Assembly (NCBI GenBank): GCA_965645245.1
Contig: OZ287077.1
Coordinates: 1,488,001-1,552,000, forward strand
Direction: 5' to 3'
Source of the DNA: Massalongia carnosa
Taxonomy: Eukaryota
DNA length: 64,000 nucleotides
Under the pieces are notes generated by a model. It did not search any database and was not told the DNA's origin. It was given only the letters and a program-made list of their open reading frames with translations. The position numbers were made by a program, and so were the translations under genes. Shown in pieces: positions 61,637-64,000 of the stretch. The stretch's first letter is position 1, and each line of letters opens with the position of its first letter.

Positions 61637-63789
61637 GGATTCGAATGGACAGTATAAGGAAATCGCTACTACCGCACGGCGTTTTCCGAAGGCCGGCTTG
61701 TTGCTACTCCTAGATATCGGGAGTGTGAACGGAATAGAATAGATCGCAGGGATAGGGTGGCCAGTGGGTTGCTTCGTTTCATCGAACTGTATCAATCGCT
61801 AGATCCATTTTGGGGATGTGAAGGGAGACCGATGAGGCTACAGCCTATTTGTAAGTAGATACGATGCATTAATCAATAGTACATAGTTACCAGATGAACG
61901 GAAGATGCGGTTTGTCCTCATCTCCTTTGCCAAGCCTCGACGCTCGAACGCTAATTCACCAGATATAGCCCCCCTAAGCGCTTTGGATGCCTGCCTCTCT
62001 ACACATGCAAGTTATAACAAGAGCTTCCTACTCAGGCAACGAGCGTGAGGTGCATGGAGAGAGGGAAGTATGTATGTAGGTTGAGGTAGGTAAATGGAAA
62101 AATAGAAAGAGAAGTACCGTAGCGATTTCTCCTTTTCGTTTTCGGAGAGCTGATCACCTGTTTGCTGAAAGACGAGAAAAAGAAAGAGAAATAGAGAGGG
62201 AAGGTCTAGGTATGTAGATAGGAAGGGAGGGAGGGAGGTAGGTTGATGGAGAGATTTGATGGAGAGGTAGATGAGTAGTTCTCAGCCATACGTGCATATG
62301 CGACTTACTATTCGTCTATAATTATCTTTTTCCACTCCTAAGTTTTCCTCCGTCTTTCTTTCCCTCCTCCCTATGCTGTATTTCTTTCCTTAACTTTTGT
62401 TCGCTTCGTGCCCATTCATATCGTGTTTAATCGAGTCGTTGTAAGTTTTCGAGACCCATAAATTCCTTTTCTTCTTCTTCTTCTGTAATTTTCTTCATTT
62501 TCTCTGGGCGTTGAGACTAAAGACTCCGGGAATCAAGAGTCCCGAAGTTCTAGACCTTTCCTTGAGCTTATGTTGTGGGGAAGGGAGGTTTTTCCGAGGG
62601 TTCTGAGAGCTCGAAATTGGTTTTCTCGATCGATAACTATCTATGTATTGTATGTACACGTCGACGTCAGGAGTCGGAATTGGGATCGAAAAAGGAGCCG
62701 GACTCGAAGTCGGAATCGAACTTGAATTCTGATGGGTAGAAGATACATGGAAGAGAGATATACAAAACACGTAGATAGACAAAGCAATCAACCAAGCAAC
62801 CTTTCGAAAAGGGGTTTAACGAAACGCTAGAAAAAAGGGAACGAACTTGTGAGGAAGTGGGGGTTAGTAAAGATGAGGATGAGGATGGGAAAAGGGACAC
62901 GAGAGAGGAGGGACAAGGAATCTTTTTTCTTCTTTTCCTTTCTCCTCTCTTCTCCTCCCGTCTTCCAGATTCCCATCCCCAGTTTCCGGCAACTCCTCAC
63001 ATAGCAGCCAACTACTATCCACCACCCCCAACTCTCCTCCCTTTCCTCCATCCGGTCCAGCATCTCTATCCAACTACCTTTATATATAATCCACAAACTC
63101 TCCCCCTTTCGTCCCGATAACGAATTGATTTGTGCCGTGGATACATACGTAGTGCCTAACATTTGCATGGCAGGCCTCGTGGAGATCATATCAGGAACGC
63201 ACACCCGTTCCCACCCCCGCACAATCAGGTTCACTATCCAAAAAACGCATCAAATTGCACGAAACTCTAGCCAAATCGGAGAGCGCGCTAGCCCATTCAG
63301 ATACGCTCAGAAAAGATAGACCCAGCCGCCTTCCTACATAGACACTGAGTCCCAGACGTCTCGTCCCCGAACTGCTCATGTGGCTGGCACAAACAGACTG
63401 CAAAACATGTGATCATATTTTGCAAACTCAACGACAACAGACAAACTCTGCTAAATACGATAGGCACAAACAACTATCGATTAATCACTGAGTCATCTAA
63501 AGCAATGAAATTAGTCACAAAATGGCTACTGAAGACAGGTTTGTTGTCACAATTTTCGCTGACAGCACAGCATCTATACTGCTAACAGTATTCATGCTTT
63601 GTTTCATTTTTCATACTTATCTTGGGTCAAAGGTTTTTTCATGGAGCACACGGTTGGGACCCGGAGGGTCCTCGGCCGGACACAGGATTGCATGGTTTTT
63701 TCTTCCTCAAAAGGTTTTCCATGTACTATACAACTAGATAGACTCGCCCGCATGGGCCGGCCTTCGGCCGGTACCACATCGGAATAAGA

Positions 63790-63830
63790 ATCATCATCAT
63801 CATCATCATCATCATCAGCATCATCATCAT
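63790..63830. repeat. (ATC)n trinucleotide microsatellite, interrupted once
   Basis: About 13 copies with one AGC interruption. Confidence 0.9.
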
Positions 63831-64000
63831 ACGTAGTGCCTAGGGCGGTTTTAGTAGGGTAGACTCGAAAATGAATAGACTGTGGTGAAATGCTATATAA
63901 TCTCCTCTTTGAATGCCTTTTTTGTCAACTTCTTTTTCTTTTTTGTCACTTCTATCTCCCTGCGATTCTCCCACCCCGCCTTCCTTCCTTCCTACCTTCC

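Noticed and set aside
62495..63403. ORFs downstream of FAS1, one with a hydrophobic N-terminus
   Set aside because: The hydrophobic-start ORF lacks an ATG, the sequence is low-complexity and purine/pyrimidine-skewed, and no supportable gene model emerged.
1..64000. tRNA, rRNA, CRISPR arrays and intact mobile elements
   Set aside because: GTTCGA-type hits lack cloverleaf stems. No rRNA blocks, repeat-spacer arrays or TE coding motifs were seen by eye.

Overview
Eukaryotic, intron-containing filamentous-ascomycete (Pezizomycotina) DNA. A lichen-forming Lecanoromycete is plausible but is only an impression. Conserved genes, left to right: a sphingosine/diacylglycerol-kinase-family gene, a DUF676/Rog1-like serine esterase, an inositol monophosphatase, an RBR(IBR) E3 ligase, an RPA70-like double-OB-fold gene, an OPT oligopeptide transporter, TFIIF alpha (Tfg1), a Cid1/Cid13-type terminal nucleotidyltransferase, HGH1, a ferric-reductase-like gene, and the divergent housekeeping FAS2/FAS1 pair. 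The left edge holds a RIP-like degenerate aspartic-protease pseudogene. The most interesting part is an accessory island (~35.2-43.9 kb) of four co-oriented secreted-protein genes that only emerge after splicing by hand. It includes a tiny Val-Gly-repeat pre-pro-peptide missed by the ORF track and broken by one extra base in a T8 run, a sister peptide with the same exon architecture, and a hydrophilic protein with hydrophobin-type 8-Cys spacing. A region with no credible gene at ~29.5-32.1 kb carries weak ncRNA signals (a C/D-box candidate, long hairpins, a telomere-template-like 9-mer). All exon models were read manually and no database searches were run.
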